Of a DNA stretch of 64,000 nucleotides, positions 12,886 through 21,655 are shown in pieces. The notes under the pieces were generated by a model that did not search any database, was not told the DNA's origin, and worked only from the letters and a program-made list of their open reading frames with translations. Position numbers and translations under genes: made by a program. Every line of letters begins with the position of its first letter. The stretch's first letter is position 1. Source of the stretch: an uncultured Pirellulales bacterium (GTDB taxonomy: Bacteria > Planctomycetota > Phycisphaerae > Sedimentisphaerales > Anaerobacaceae); assembly GCA_964494805.1 (NCBI GenBank), contig CAZBST010000007.1:44493-108492 (forward strand), in the 5' to 3' direction.

Positions 12886-14008
12886 CTAATTTTTCGATTC
12901 CCTATTTTTATTTTTGACCCTATATCTCAAGTAGCTTTCAATAAAGCCGTCAAGGTCTCCGTTCAGCACCGCATCCACATTGCCCGTCTGGAGGTTTGTT
13001 CGATGGTCCTTAACCATCTGGTAAGGCTGCAGCACATAGCTTCGTATCTGATTTCCCCAAGCTATTTCACCTTTATCGCTGTATAGTTTTGCAAGTTCGG
13101 CATTGCGCTTTTGCTGTTCGAGCATATATAGCTTGCTCTTTAGCATCTTCATTGCCTCCGCCTTGTTGCGATGCTGACTTCGGTCGTTCTGGCACTGCAC
13201 CGCAACACCTGTGGGTATATGTACAATTCTGACTGCCGAGCTTACTTTGTTGACGTGCTGGCCGCCCGCTCCGCTTGCACGATAGTAATCTATTTTGAGG
13301 TCATCCTCTTTTATATCGATGTCAACATCCTCGGACTCAGGTAAACAATCAACCGCTGCAAAGCTCGTATGGCGTCTCTTGTTGGCGTCAAATGGGCTTA
13401 TTCGCACTAATCTGTGAACGCCCATTTCGCAGGAAAGCCTGCCGAATGCAAACGGCCCGCTTACCTTCAGCGTCACTGACCGGATACCGGCCTCTTCACC
13501 GGGAGAAATATCAAGCTCCTCGACCTTGTATTTTTTTGTTTCGAAATACCGCCCATACATCCGCAGCAGCATACTGACCCAGTCGCAGCTTTCTGTCCCC
13601 CCGGCCCCCGCGTGAATGCTGAAAAAGCAGTTCTTCACATCATCCTGTCCGCACAATAGCCCCTCCAGTTCGATTTGTTCACATCGCTTTACCAGTTGTG
13701 CCAAATCATTTTCTAATTGTTCCAGCTCTTCTCTGTCCGATTCAGCCGCTGCCATATCGAACAGCTCCGCCAAATCTTTAACCTCGCGGGATAGCTCCTC
13801 CACCGGCTCGATTATTGATTTAAGTGCGCTTAAATGAGAGACCACCGATTGGGCTGAATCGGGATTGTCCCAGAACCCAGGCTTGGCCATTTTCTCTTCT
13901 AATTGCGCCAGTCGTGCCTTCTTGCTGGGCAAATCAAAGCCAGTCCCGGATTTTTTCGACCCGGGCCAACAACTCTGTTATTGTAGATTTTAATTCTGCA
14001 GTTTCCAT
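12886..14008 (-). CDS. prfB: Peptide chain release factor 2, expressed through a programmed +1 frameshift
   Basis: The track ORF 12886..13932 has RF2 content (SPF tripeptide, GGQHVNK). An upstream frame from ATG 14008 reads METAELKSTITELLARVEKIRDWL, then CTT TGA T. Shifting +1 at CTT gives D-L-P-S-K-K-A-R-L, joining the long ORF. Confidence 0.85.
13933..13939 (-). other. Programmed +1 ribosomal frameshift site CTT TGA T of prfB
   Basis: Read directly on the minus strand: ...cgg gac tgg CTT TGA ttt gcc cag caa g. This has the same architecture as the classical RF2 autoregulatory site. Confidence 0.8.
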
Positions 14009-14060
14009 CTGATGTGCGTTTATATCACATCCTATCACGATACGCAATCAGATAATCCGC

Positions 14061-14201
14061 TTAGCCCCGCCAACACCTTGGCGGGGTTCGCAGTTTCGGT
14101 TAGCCCTGCCGCTTGCGGCAGGGGTTATTGTGCAGAGGGGACGGCAATCTCAAAAATTTTAGCCCCCTGCATCGCAGGGGATTACTTAGCTAACGACTAA
14201 T
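14061..14201 (+). repeat. GC-hairpin module (ttagcccc-hairpins plus GCGGCAATCTCAAAA core), copy A
   Basis: Contains the hairpins ccccgccaacaccttggcgggg, ccctgccgcttgcggcaggg and cccctgcatcgcagggg, plus gacggcaatctcaaaaatttt. A homologous module lies at 22719-22801. Confidence 0.75.
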
Positions 14202-14303
14202 TTGCTGTTGTGTCCTCCAGTTCGGCCCTCTTTTTTACTTACTCCGTCCTGCGGACTGCGTAATACACTGGTTCCTCATTGCGGCCTCCGGAAGCAACAG
14301 CAA
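14202..14303 (+). repeat. R1: 102-nt element with 9-bp terminal inverted repeats (TTGCTGTTG...CAACAGCAA), copy A
   Basis: ttgctgttgtgtcctccagttcggccc...tccgtcctgcggactgcgtaata...cattgcggcctccggaagcaacagcaa. Four copies occur in the window. Confidence 0.9.
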
Positions 14304-14312
14304 ACAAAATCT

Positions 14313-14337
14313 GTCATTCCCGCGCAAGCAGGAATCC
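14313..14337 (+). repeat. R2: 25-nt palindromic hairpin repeat GTCATTCC-YGCG-YAAGC-RGGAATCC
   Basis: gtcattcccgcgcaagcaggaatcc, located 9 nt after R1 copy A. Four copies occur in the window. Confidence 0.85.
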
Positions 14338-14440
14338 ATTCCTTTTCTTATCATCACCGCACTAGTTGCGGCGGAGGTTATGCCATAGCCAGACCGAGGC
14401 CGAGAAGTAAGAGCGTGGCTAATTCGGGGATAGGGGTGAT

Positions 14441-15355
14441 TTAAGATTCTCCATTTTCAAGCAAGTTGTCATAAAACTTTTTCCTTTCTTCTTTCTGTAT
14501 TTTTTTAGCCACATCTAAAGGAAATTGCTTCTCATAATATTCTTTTTCAGATTCCTTTTCAGATAAAGACTTGCTTTGAATTTTTTCGCCTAACCATTGA
14601 ATATCTTTGCCTTCTTCTCGATACTCAAATGCAGTTTTTTGTTGAATTATAAAAAAATGCATTTTTGAACTTAATTCTTTACGTAGGTACTTCCAATGCT
14701 TAGCAAAATGGTGGTCATTTGCACTAGATCCATATATTGTATCTTGTGTTGTGGGGTGATTATGTATGTGAAGTACCAATGAAGATTCACGCATCATACT
14801 TAATAATTTATATTGTTCTTCTTTTTCGGGTTCATAATACACTCTGTCAGGCAGTCCAATATATTTTGAGATATTATTACTTGCTATGCCTTTTGCTCGT
14901 AACCAAACAGGGTTTCTTTCGAAATCAGATGGGATAAGAACCCAAAAAGCTTCTTCAACACCTTGGAAACCAATTTTTTCACAAGCTTCAGTTAAAATCT
15001 CAACGATTTTTGTCTTGGAAACTTTTAACAATTCAGTATTGGCCTGATATTTATCAAATTGAGATGATATTGCTTCAATCTCGTCTCTGTCGCTTGGTTT
15101 CATTTGAACTAATAATTCTTTTTCATCTTTAGGAGTGGGATCAAGCTGTTGCATAAAGTATTTTGCAACAATTTTAATATCTTTATCACCCTCTATAAGC
15201 GCCCAATAAAGAAGTCTTTTTTGGTCATCGTTTGAAAGATTATTGAAGAAAATTTTGGACCTGCCTGGATCGCCATAACGGTATAGCGATTCAATTCCAT
15301 TTTTAAAAAGAAAGATTTTGTCTCGCAATTCGTCTGTGCTTAGCCTCTTGTCCAT
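14441..15355 (-). CDS. RadC-like JAB/MPN-domain protein with an unknown N-terminal extension
   Basis: 304 aa. EEAFWVLIPSD ... SSLVLHIHNHPTTQDTIYGSSANDHHFAKHW resembles the RadC/JAMM pattern (E..., HxH, S-x-x-D), but the His-to-Ser spacer is longer than canonical. The gene is strongly AT-rich. Confidence 0.55.
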   Translation of the reverse strand: MDKRLSTDELRDKIFLFKNGIESLYRYGDPGRSKIFFNNLSNDDQKRLLYWALIEGDKDIKIVAKYFMQQLDPTPKDEKELLVQMKPSDRDEIEAISSQFDKYQANTELLKVSKTKIVEILTEACEKIGFQGVEEAFWVLIPSDFERNPVWLRAKGIASNNISKYIGLPDRVYYEPEKEEQYKLLSMMRESSLVLHIHNHPTTQDTIYGSSANDHHFAKHWKYLRKELSSKMHFFIIQQKTAFEYREEGKDIQWLGEKIQSKSLSEKESEKEYYEKQFPLDVAKKIQKEERKKFYDNLLENGES

Positions 15356-15462
15356 TTTAATTTTTTACCATCCTATCCAGAAAGTTTTATCTCTTCTTTT
15401 AGTATAAGAATTTCCCATTGCTTCTTCAACACTCTTTAATTCGCCCTTGTTGGTTTCGATGG

Positions 15463-15837
15463 CTACTGTGTTTTGCGCCAGATCCAAATAGTAACAAGTA
15501 GAGAAATTACAGAGACCGCTACAGCGACTAAAGCCGAAAATGCTGAGAGCCATGTAGCTGATGCCATTTTTCTGGTATATTGATCAGTTCGCTTGTTTTG
15601 AATCCATTTCTGTATTTGCTCAAATGTTTGGGGATAAGTAAGCGGTATACAATGTATATCGGCGGAATGTTTAGGCAGACCTATAGACTCAGATAGTTTC
15701 AATAATTCCTGACCTTTCTGCTCTTTGGTATTTTTCTTATCTTTTACTATGTGAAGCAATTTCTGTTCGACTTCTTCTATTGTTGGCTCTGATGTCTTAC
15801 TGTTCTTATCCTGACATTCTGATTTTGCTTTGCACAT
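15463..15837 (-). CDS. Small C-terminally membrane-anchored protein, unknown function
   Basis: 124 aa with a charged Lys/Glu-rich N-terminal part and a C-terminal TM (WLSAFSALVAVAVSVISLLVTIWIW). AAGGAG lies 6 nt upstream of the ATG. AT-rich like the JAB gene just downstream. Confidence 0.55.
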   Translation of the reverse strand: MCKAKSECQDKNSKTSEPTIEEVEQKLLHIVKDKKNTKEQKGQELLKLSESIGLPKHSADIHCIPLTYPQTFEQIQKWIQNKRTDQYTRKMASATWLSAFSALVAVAVSVISLLVTIWIWRKTQ

Positions 15838-16099
15838 TAAATTCTCCTTATGGTTATTAAAGGTACTCTGGTTCAGTTTTTAACGGCCAACAATGCTTAT
15901 GCAGCCTGTTTTGGTAAATGCGAAAACCGTCTTTTCATTAGATAACATTATTGCCGATTAAAGTCAGAGAATAAATGGGAAATTGCGTTGAGGTTGCAAA
16001 AATCAATCAAAAGCGCAGCTACCCGCACACCAAAAACGGCTAATTTTAGATTTTTTTACTCCTTTTCTCACAATGAGTTACGAGAACCGAGTGACGAGA

Positions 16100-16150
16100 G
16101 ACGATAACCTTTTTCGCATCAAACGCGCAAGTCCATCCAATCATAGAGAG
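16100..16150 (+). repeat. R5 module, partial copy (ttttcgcatcaaACGCGCAAGTCCatccaat)
   Basis: Shares the core ttttcg..ca...cgcgcaagtcc.tc.aat with 25262-25296 and, inverted, 51645-51680. Confidence 0.6.
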
Positions 16151-16286
16151 ACGGTCTCTCTTTAAAGGAATCGCCAATGCCATCCGGCTAACTCAAATAA
16201 ACATTTATCAATAATCAATAATCGATAATCAATCGTCCGTCATAGCGATAGCGAAGATGGATACGAAGGTTGTTTGCGCGGAAGGG

Positions 16287-16433
16287 GAAAATCAATCAAA
16301 ATGAACAAAATTATGCAAAACGAACCCAATTTTAGAAATGCCAAAAATGACTGTAACTTTAGTAACAGCAATGACTACGAACTATGAACAACGAACTATG
16401 AACTCTTTAAAACAAACCCAATCAAACCCAAAT
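16287..16433 (+). repeat. R4 module (~145 nt; aaaatcaatcaaaatgaac...aaaacgaacccaatttt.gaaatgccaaaaatg...acaatgacta...)
   Basis: Aligns by eye with 25483-25600 (+) and with the reverse complement of 51282-51427. Confidence 0.8.
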
Positions 16434-16436
16434 AAT

Positions 16437-16470
16437 CTCCCCGCGAAGCGGCTCCGCAATTTTGCATTTT
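16437..16470 (+). repeat. R6 short hairpin repeat (ctccccgcgaagcggctccgcaattttgcatttt)
   Basis: Its reverse complement recurs at 56652-56685, between convergent PEP-CTERM genes. Confidence 0.7.
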
Positions 16471-16493
16471 ACACTTTGATTTTTAATTTTCTT

Positions 16494-17717
16494 TTATTGA
16501 GTCAGAAGCTGTCCGCCGAGAATCCTGTTCACATCTCTTTTGATGTCTGCTTCGCTAACAGGCCATCCTGCCTCGGCGATATCGGAATACTTCTCGCCCA
16601 AAACATCGGCGATAACCTTGCGCGAGTGCGACCATTTATAAATGAGCTGGTCAATTATACGGGCATCGCTGTGCTGCGGTATCATTGTCAGTCCCAGAGT
16701 TTCGATGCGCTCGTACGTCATTTCGCGGATGATACTCGGATTGTTCAAAAACCACCAGCACCCGAAGACAATCAGGTTTTTGAACTTGCGGGCGACAATG
16801 CAAAGCTCATGCTGGTTTTCACGCGACAACATCGTTACGAGAAATCTCACGTCCGGCCAGTCACGGGCAAGCTTGGCCACCTGCTCGACATCGGCTTTCC
16901 CAACGCCGTCACCCGCAACTCTCAGGGCGGGGTTTACCGCCCTCGTGACGCCAATCATCATTGCAAAAGGCAGCTTATGTTCTTGCGCAATAGGCAGCAC
17001 GCATTCCAGAATCAGTTTCGCCCTTGTCCCGCCGTCTTCTATGCTGAAGTCCGGCGGCAGCGAAACCGCCATATACATCGGCTCCATCTTTTCAATCCAC
17101 ACCTTGAGGAAATCCTTGACTGAGCTTGCCGTTTTTGCATCTACCTTATCGCCTGTTATTTGCTCATTTATTTCCTTACCGTACTGCTGAAAATTATTGA
17201 GTATGTTGTCTATTCTCAAAGCCGCCTTGAATCTACTGTCGGGATTGCCGCCGCCGTTCCATATCGGCTGCTCTTTTTTATCGAATGGGTCGTTCGTCAT
17301 AACGACATACTTGATATTAGCCAGCTCGAAGACTTTATCGACGTATTTGCCGACAGAAATCTCGGCGAAGTATTTGCGTATTTTATTAAGGTCTTTGCTT
17401 TTCACATCCAGCCCGAGCTCGTTAAGGACTGTCACCACGCCGCGGGCGGCCTCGCTTATCGGCGAATTTTTTATGAACATCTCTTCCCATATAAGCTCCG
17501 CCTGTTTTTGTTTCGACATATTCCAGAAATCATCGTAGCGCAGCTCCGGCTTATATCTGAACAGCTCCGCGATGAGATAGTGATAGGTTAGAAGTTCATC
17601 GACACCCCATAGCAGTAAATCGCCGAAGGCCTCGCTGTACGTATGCGTATGAATATCAGCTATCGGGGTCTCATCAACGATTTTACTAACCTGCCCTTTG
17701 AGTTTTTTCAACTCCAT
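16494..17717 (-). CDS. Amidohydrolase-superfamily TIM-barrel protein (possibly uronate-isomerase-like)
   Basis: The track ORF extends to 17936 and overlaps gnd. ATG at 17717 (MELKKLKGQ) lies 13 nt after the gnd stop. IADIHTHTYS is a metal-binding HxH-type motif near the N-terminus. The functional guess rests on that motif and the sugar-acid gene context. Confidence 0.55.
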   Translation of the reverse strand: MELKKLKGQVSKIVDETPIADIHTHTYSEAFGDLLLWGVDELLTYHYLIAELFRYKPELRYDDFWNMSKQKQAELIWEEMFIKNSPISEAARGVVTVLNELGLDVKSKDLNKIRKYFAEISVGKYVDKVFELANIKYVVMTNDPFDKKEQPIWNGGGNPDSRFKAALRIDNILNNFQQYGKEINEQITGDKVDAKTASSVKDFLKVWIEKMEPMYMAVSLPPDFSIEDGGTRAKLILECVLPIAQEHKLPFAMMIGVTRAVNPALRVAGDGVGKADVEQVAKLARDWPDVRFLVTMLSRENQHELCIVARKFKNLIVFGCWWFLNNPSIIREMTYERIETLGLTMIPQHSDARIIDQLIYKWSHSRKVIADVLGEKYSDIAEAGWPVSEADIKRDVNRILGGQLLTQ

Positions 17718-17730
17718 TATCTTGTCCTTA

Positions 17731-19182
17731 TCAAACTGTATATGTTGATGCCGCTGTTTGGCCGCCTCGACCGGTCCAGTTTGTATGGAAGAATTCGCCG
17801 CGGGGCTTGTCAACTCGTTCATAAGTATGAGCGCCGAAATAGTCTCGCTGTGCCTGCAGCAGATTTGCCGGCAGTCGCTCGTGGCGATAGCCGTCATAAT
17901 AAGCAAGGGCCGAACTGATGGCCGGCATCGGGACACCGAGCTTGACCGCCGTAGTCACGACCCGCCGCCAGGATGTTTGTGCCTTTGTCACCGCTTTTTT
18001 GAAGAACGGGTCCAGCAGAAGATTAACAAGATTCGGATTCTTATCGAAGGCCTTCTTTATATCGCCGAGAAATACCGACCGTATGATGCACCCGCCGCGC
18101 CACATAAGTGCGATGCCTCCGTTATTTAAGTTCCATTTGTATTCCTTCGCCGCTGCACGCATAAGCTGATAGCCCTGTGCGTAACTTACAATCTTCGATG
18201 CATATAGAGCACTTCGCAGGTCATTTATGAATTTTTTCTTATCGCCTTTGAACTTGGTCTTCGAACCTTTGAGAATCTTCGAGGCCTCGACGCGTTCTTC
18301 CTTTATGGCGGAAAGACATCTCGCAAAAACAGCTTCACCAACAAGCGTCAACGGCTGACCCGAATCAAGGGCGGCGACAACCGTCCACTTACCTGTGCCT
18401 TTCTGGCCGGCTGTATCCAGAATAATGTCGATAACGTCATTACCCTGCTCGTCCTTGTATGCGAGAATGTCCCTTGTAATCTCGATAAGGTATGATTTCA
18501 ATTCCCCTTCGTTCCATTCTGAGAAAATCTGATGCATCTCCTGATTGGATAGGTTCAGTCCCTCTTTCATCATACTATAGACTTCGCATATCATTTGCAT
18601 ATCGCCGTATTCTATGCCGTTATGGGTCATTTTAACGAAATGTCCCGCCCCGTTTTCACCGACCCAGTCACAGCAGGGGCTACCGTCATCTGTCTTGGCG
18701 CATATCGACTGGAATATCGGCTTGACGTGCGGCCACGCCGCCGGCGAGCCGCCCGGCATAATTGATGGCCCTCGCAGCGCTCCTTCTTCGCCGCCGGATA
18801 CGCCCGTGCCGATGTAAAGTTTGCCTTTGCTCTCGACATACTGCGTCCGCCGGATAGTATCGGGAAAATGACTATTGCCGCCGTCGATTATGATGTCACC
18901 GTTTCCCAGATGAGGCAAAAGCAATTCGATAAAAGCATCGACCGGCTGACCCGCCTTCACCATCAGCATAATTTTGCGTGGTGTCTTCAAAGATGTGACA
19001 AGCTCTTCGATTGTCTTACAGCCGATGATGTTTTTCCCCTTCGCCCGCCCGTTTATAAAATTGTCTACCTTTGAAACCGTGCGATTGAAGCACGCAACCG
19101 TAAAACCTTTGCTTTCCATATTAAGTATCAGGTTTTCGCCCATTACCGCAAGGCCGATGAGACCTATATCTGCTTGTGCCAT
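17731..19182 (-). CDS. gnd: 6-phosphogluconate dehydrogenase, decarboxylating
   Basis: 483 aa with [45 protein letters not shown] and [12 protein letters not shown]. Confidence 0.93.
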   Translation of the reverse strand: MAQADIGLIGLAVMGENLILNMESKGFTVACFNRTVSKVDNFINGRAKGKNIIGCKTIEELVTSLKTPRKIMLMVKAGQPVDAFIELLLPHLGNGDIIIDGGNSHFPDTIRRTQYVESKGKLYIGTGVSGGEEGALRGPSIMPGGSPAAWPHVKPIFQSICAKTDDGSPCCDWVGENGAGHFVKMTHNGIEYGDMQMICEVYSMMKEGLNLSNQEMHQIFSEWNEGELKSYLIEITRDILAYKDEQGNDVIDIILDTAGQKGTGKWTVVAALDSGQPLTLVGEAVFARCLSAIKEERVEASKILKGSKTKFKGDKKKFINDLRSALYASKIVSYAQGYQLMRAAAKEYKWNLNNGGIALMWRGGCIIRSVFLGDIKKAFDKNPNLVNLLLDPFFKKAVTKAQTSWRRVVTTAVKLGVPMPAISSALAYYDGYRHERLPANLLQAQRDYFGAHTYERVDKPRGEFFHTNWTGRGGQTAASTYTV

Positions 19183-19225
19183 TGTGTTTTCCTTATTTTA
19201 TAAAATTGCCTTTAATTTTCTCTAA

Positions 19226-20308
19226 TTATCTCTGTATTCGCGCTGAACCACCAGCGGCAAACGCCTTCACCTGCTCTAAAGTAACCATCGTAGTATCACC
19301 GGGCGTGGTTGTTAAAAGCGCCCCGTGCGCCCAGCCCATTTTCACCGCTTCTTCCGGCTCCAGCCCCGTTAGAAGCCCGTAGAAGAAGCCGGCCGCATAC
19401 CCGTCCCCACCGCCGACGCGGTCATACACGTCAAGCTCAGCCGTCGGCGCCTGATACGCTTTGCCGTCTATCCACGCCACTGCGCTCCAGCTGTGACGAC
19501 TGCTCGAATGAACCTGACGCAGCGTTGTCGCCAAAACTTTTATCTGCGGATGTTTCTTGATAACTTTGTCTATCATTGCGATAAAGGCGCTTGCATCCAG
19601 CTTTGACTTTGCCGCTACTTCCGGCCCCGGCATGCCCAGACCCATTTGCAAATCTTCTTCATTACCCACAAGCACATCCACGTTTTTCACGATTTTGTCG
19701 AGCACCTCAACTGCTCGCTCGTGACCGCCGCAGATATTCCACAGTTTTGCCCTGTAATTAAGGTCGAACGATACAATCGCCCCGGCCTCCTTTGCAGACT
19801 GCATACCTTCGATAATCACATCAGATGTCGTCGGCGAAAGCGCCCCAAAAATTCCCCCGCTGTGAAACCATCGCACCCCGCCGGCAAAAACGGCCTTCCA
19901 GTCGAAATCGCCCTTCTTAAGCTGTGCCGCCGCTTCGTTGCATCGGTTATAAAATACCACCGGAGCCCGAACTCCACAGCCGTGGTCGCTGTAAACAGTG
20001 GCCATATTCGGCCCGTGAACACCGTCATGTTTGAAATGTTTGTAAAACGGTTTAACGCCCATCATACGTATCCGCTGCGCAATCAAATCGCCGATTGGGT
20101 AATCAACCATCGCCGTGACGATGCCGGTGTGCATCCCGAAGCAGTCCGACAGGTTCGCCGCAACGTTAAATTCTCCACCGCTGACGTGAATGTCAAATTT
20201 CGTCGCCTTTTTAAATGGCACAATCCCCGGGTCTAACCGGTGCACCATCGCACCCAGCGATACAAGGTCCAGCTCGCCCTTCTCCGGTATATTAAGTCCG
20301 TACTTCAT
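19226..20308 (-). CDS. PfkB-family sugar kinase (2-keto-3-deoxygluconate-kinase-like)
   Basis: 360 aa with the C-terminal motif DRVGGGDGYAAGFFYGLL typical of ribokinase/PfkB kinases. Confidence 0.75.
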   Translation of the reverse strand: MKYGLNIPEKGELDLVSLGAMVHRLDPGIVPFKKATKFDIHVSGGEFNVAANLSDCFGMHTGIVTAMVDYPIGDLIAQRIRMMGVKPFYKHFKHDGVHGPNMATVYSDHGCGVRAPVVFYNRCNEAAAQLKKGDFDWKAVFAGGVRWFHSGGIFGALSPTTSDVIIEGMQSAKEAGAIVSFDLNYRAKLWNICGGHERAVEVLDKIVKNVDVLVGNEEDLQMGLGMPGPEVAAKSKLDASAFIAMIDKVIKKHPQIKVLATTLRQVHSSSRHSWSAVAWIDGKAYQAPTAELDVYDRVGGGDGYAAGFFYGLLTGLEPEEAVKMGWAHGALLTTTPGDTTMVTLEQVKAFAAGGSARIQR

Positions 20309-20333
20309 TACATCTTCCTTTCTGTCTTATAAA

Positions 20334-21608
20334 TTATAGCTGTTTAAACTTCTCTTCCCACGACCACAATCCCAGACCGGGATTGGAAATGAAAAATATC
20401 TCTTCGCCGCCGATGACATTAAACCCATCTTTTAATTTTTGCGGGTCATATTTTTTCATCATCTGCCACAAGTCCGCGTATTTGAAATTAACCGACTCTA
20501 TTTCCTGTTTTGAAATCTTGCCAGGGCAATATGTAATCGAAAATCTGCCTTCTGATGAGCCGTGTATCAGATGCGCTGCGGCGCTCAAGTTTTCTTTCAA
20601 ATCATCGTTTTCCTTAACCAGCTCAAGTACCTTCGGCGTCCCCACGTAGCCGTATTTTCTTATAAGTTTATCTATCTGCGGGTCTTCACCAAACTCTGCC
20701 AGCCCCGGCGCCAGAACAATCAATTCGCCGCCGTCGGCTATCGCCATTCGTGTCCGGTATATGCTCTTGTTTCCAAGCCACGTGCTTTTATACTCTTTTG
20801 GGTCGAGATTCACAACAACTTTTTCGAGCGGCTTATCCAGCATTTGAAAATTTACTTTAAGAGAAAGTTCCGCCGCAAGGTTGAAACACTCGATGTCATC
20901 TCCTATAAATAGCCCCCGCGTCGCAAGCTGTCCCTCATCCGAAGTGCCCACTACCGTGTGAACATAAACAATGGGCAAGTCCTTTGCAAAATGTTCGCAG
21001 GCGTAATTTATAACTCTTCTCACCGGCGTGTCCGTCCTGCCCATCATCTTTTCCATCCCGTAGACAGCTCCGAGGAAATGGCTTTTATTTATCCCCTCCG
21101 CACCTCCCGCGCCGACAAAAATATTTTTGTTATAGCTGGCCATCCCGATGACTTCGTGCGGAACTACCTGCCCTATGGATAATATCAGGTCGAAGTTTCC
21201 TTCAGCAATAAGCTTATTGGTCGCAGCAGGCCAGTCATAATCTACTAATCCTCCGCTTACCTCTTTAACATACTCAGCGGGAACCCTGCCGAGTATAGCT
21301 AAATCGCCTCTAAAATTATGATTGCGAAAAAGACCACGCGGCGTATCTGAAAACATCCCTGCAATCTCTTTATCTGTCATCGGATAATGCGTGCCGGTCG
21401 CTGGCAAAATGTCCGTCAGCTTGTCGCCGTAGTATTTCCACGCCAAGTTCGTAATCTCCCCGGCTCTCGAATGAAACCGCGTAATATCAGGAGGAACCGC
21501 CAAAACCTTCTTCCTCGGCCCAAGTTTTCCAAGCGCAGCATACAGCCCCTCACGCAGGTCTGCCGCCGATAAGCTGTCCCCTTTATGTCCTCGTTTGAAA
21601 TACAGCAT
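20334..21608 (-). CDS. LarA-like (lactate racemase N-terminal / DUF2088) family protein
   Basis: 424 aa. VLAVPPDITRFHS and GQVVPHEVIGMASYNKNIFVGAGG resemble the LarA-family D-x-TR and PH...G motifs. Substrate unknown. Confidence 0.55.
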   Translation of the reverse strand: MLYFKRGHKGDSLSAADLREGLYAALGKLGPRKKVLAVPPDITRFHSRAGEITNLAWKYYGDKLTDILPATGTHYPMTDKEIAGMFSDTPRGLFRNHNFRGDLAILGRVPAEYVKEVSGGLVDYDWPAATNKLIAEGNFDLILSIGQVVPHEVIGMASYNKNIFVGAGGAEGINKSHFLGAVYGMEKMMGRTDTPVRRVINYACEHFAKDLPIVYVHTVVGTSDEGQLATRGLFIGDDIECFNLAAELSLKVNFQMLDKPLEKVVVNLDPKEYKSTWLGNKSIYRTRMAIADGGELIVLAPGLAEFGEDPQIDKLIRKYGYVGTPKVLELVKENDDLKENLSAAAHLIHGSSEGRFSITYCPGKISKQEIESVNFKYADLWQMMKKYDPQKLKDGFNVIGGEEIFFISNPGLGLWSWEEKFKQL

Positions 21609-21626
21609 TTTTTATCCACTAATACT

Positions 21627-21651
21627 GTCATTCCTGCGTAAGCAGGAATCC
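21627..21651 (+). repeat. R2 hairpin repeat
   Basis: gtcattcctgcgtaagcaggaatcc (perfect ATTCCTGC/GCAGGAAT stem), 5 nt beyond the stop of the HAD gene. Confidence 0.85.
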
Positions 21652-21655
21652 AGAT

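Noticed and set aside
14202-14444. Small 'proteins' MLLCPPVRPSFLLTPSCGLRNT... (also 24975-25172), ...VIPAQAGIH..., SFPRKRESS (22457-22781)
   Set aside because: They are translations of the R1/R2/GC-hairpin repeats. The recurrence is at DNA level, including an inverted copy, which argues against coding.
15365-15553. 62-aa ORF between the membrane-anchored protein and the JAB gene
   Set aside because: Its first two thirds overlap the 3' end of the 124-aa ORF in another frame and are Cys-rich. Only the last roughly 30 codons are unique, and no good start or RBS precedes them. It could mark a frameshift, but the evidence is insufficient.
16205-16240. Microsatellite-like aataatc/ataatca iterations
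   Set aside because: It has only 3-4 imperfect units and is embedded in the repeat mosaic. There is no evidence of a separate function.
16338-17190. Plus-strand ORFs of 261 and 182 aa opposite the amidohydrolase-like gene
   Set aside because: Both are antisense shadows. The first starts inside the R4/R6 repeats, and both have Arg-rich, low-complexity composition. The minus frame has a coherent enzyme-like sequence.
19646-20236. Other long antisense ORFs: 19646-20236, 21795-22250, 40798-41238, 42146-42610, 43141-43713, 44936-45589, 45486-45923, 47583-48077, 48289-48768
   Set aside because: Each overlaps a confidently identified gene on the other strand (PfkB kinase, HAD, PSP1, metG, RNase H-purN, clpC) and shows skewed composition without motifs.
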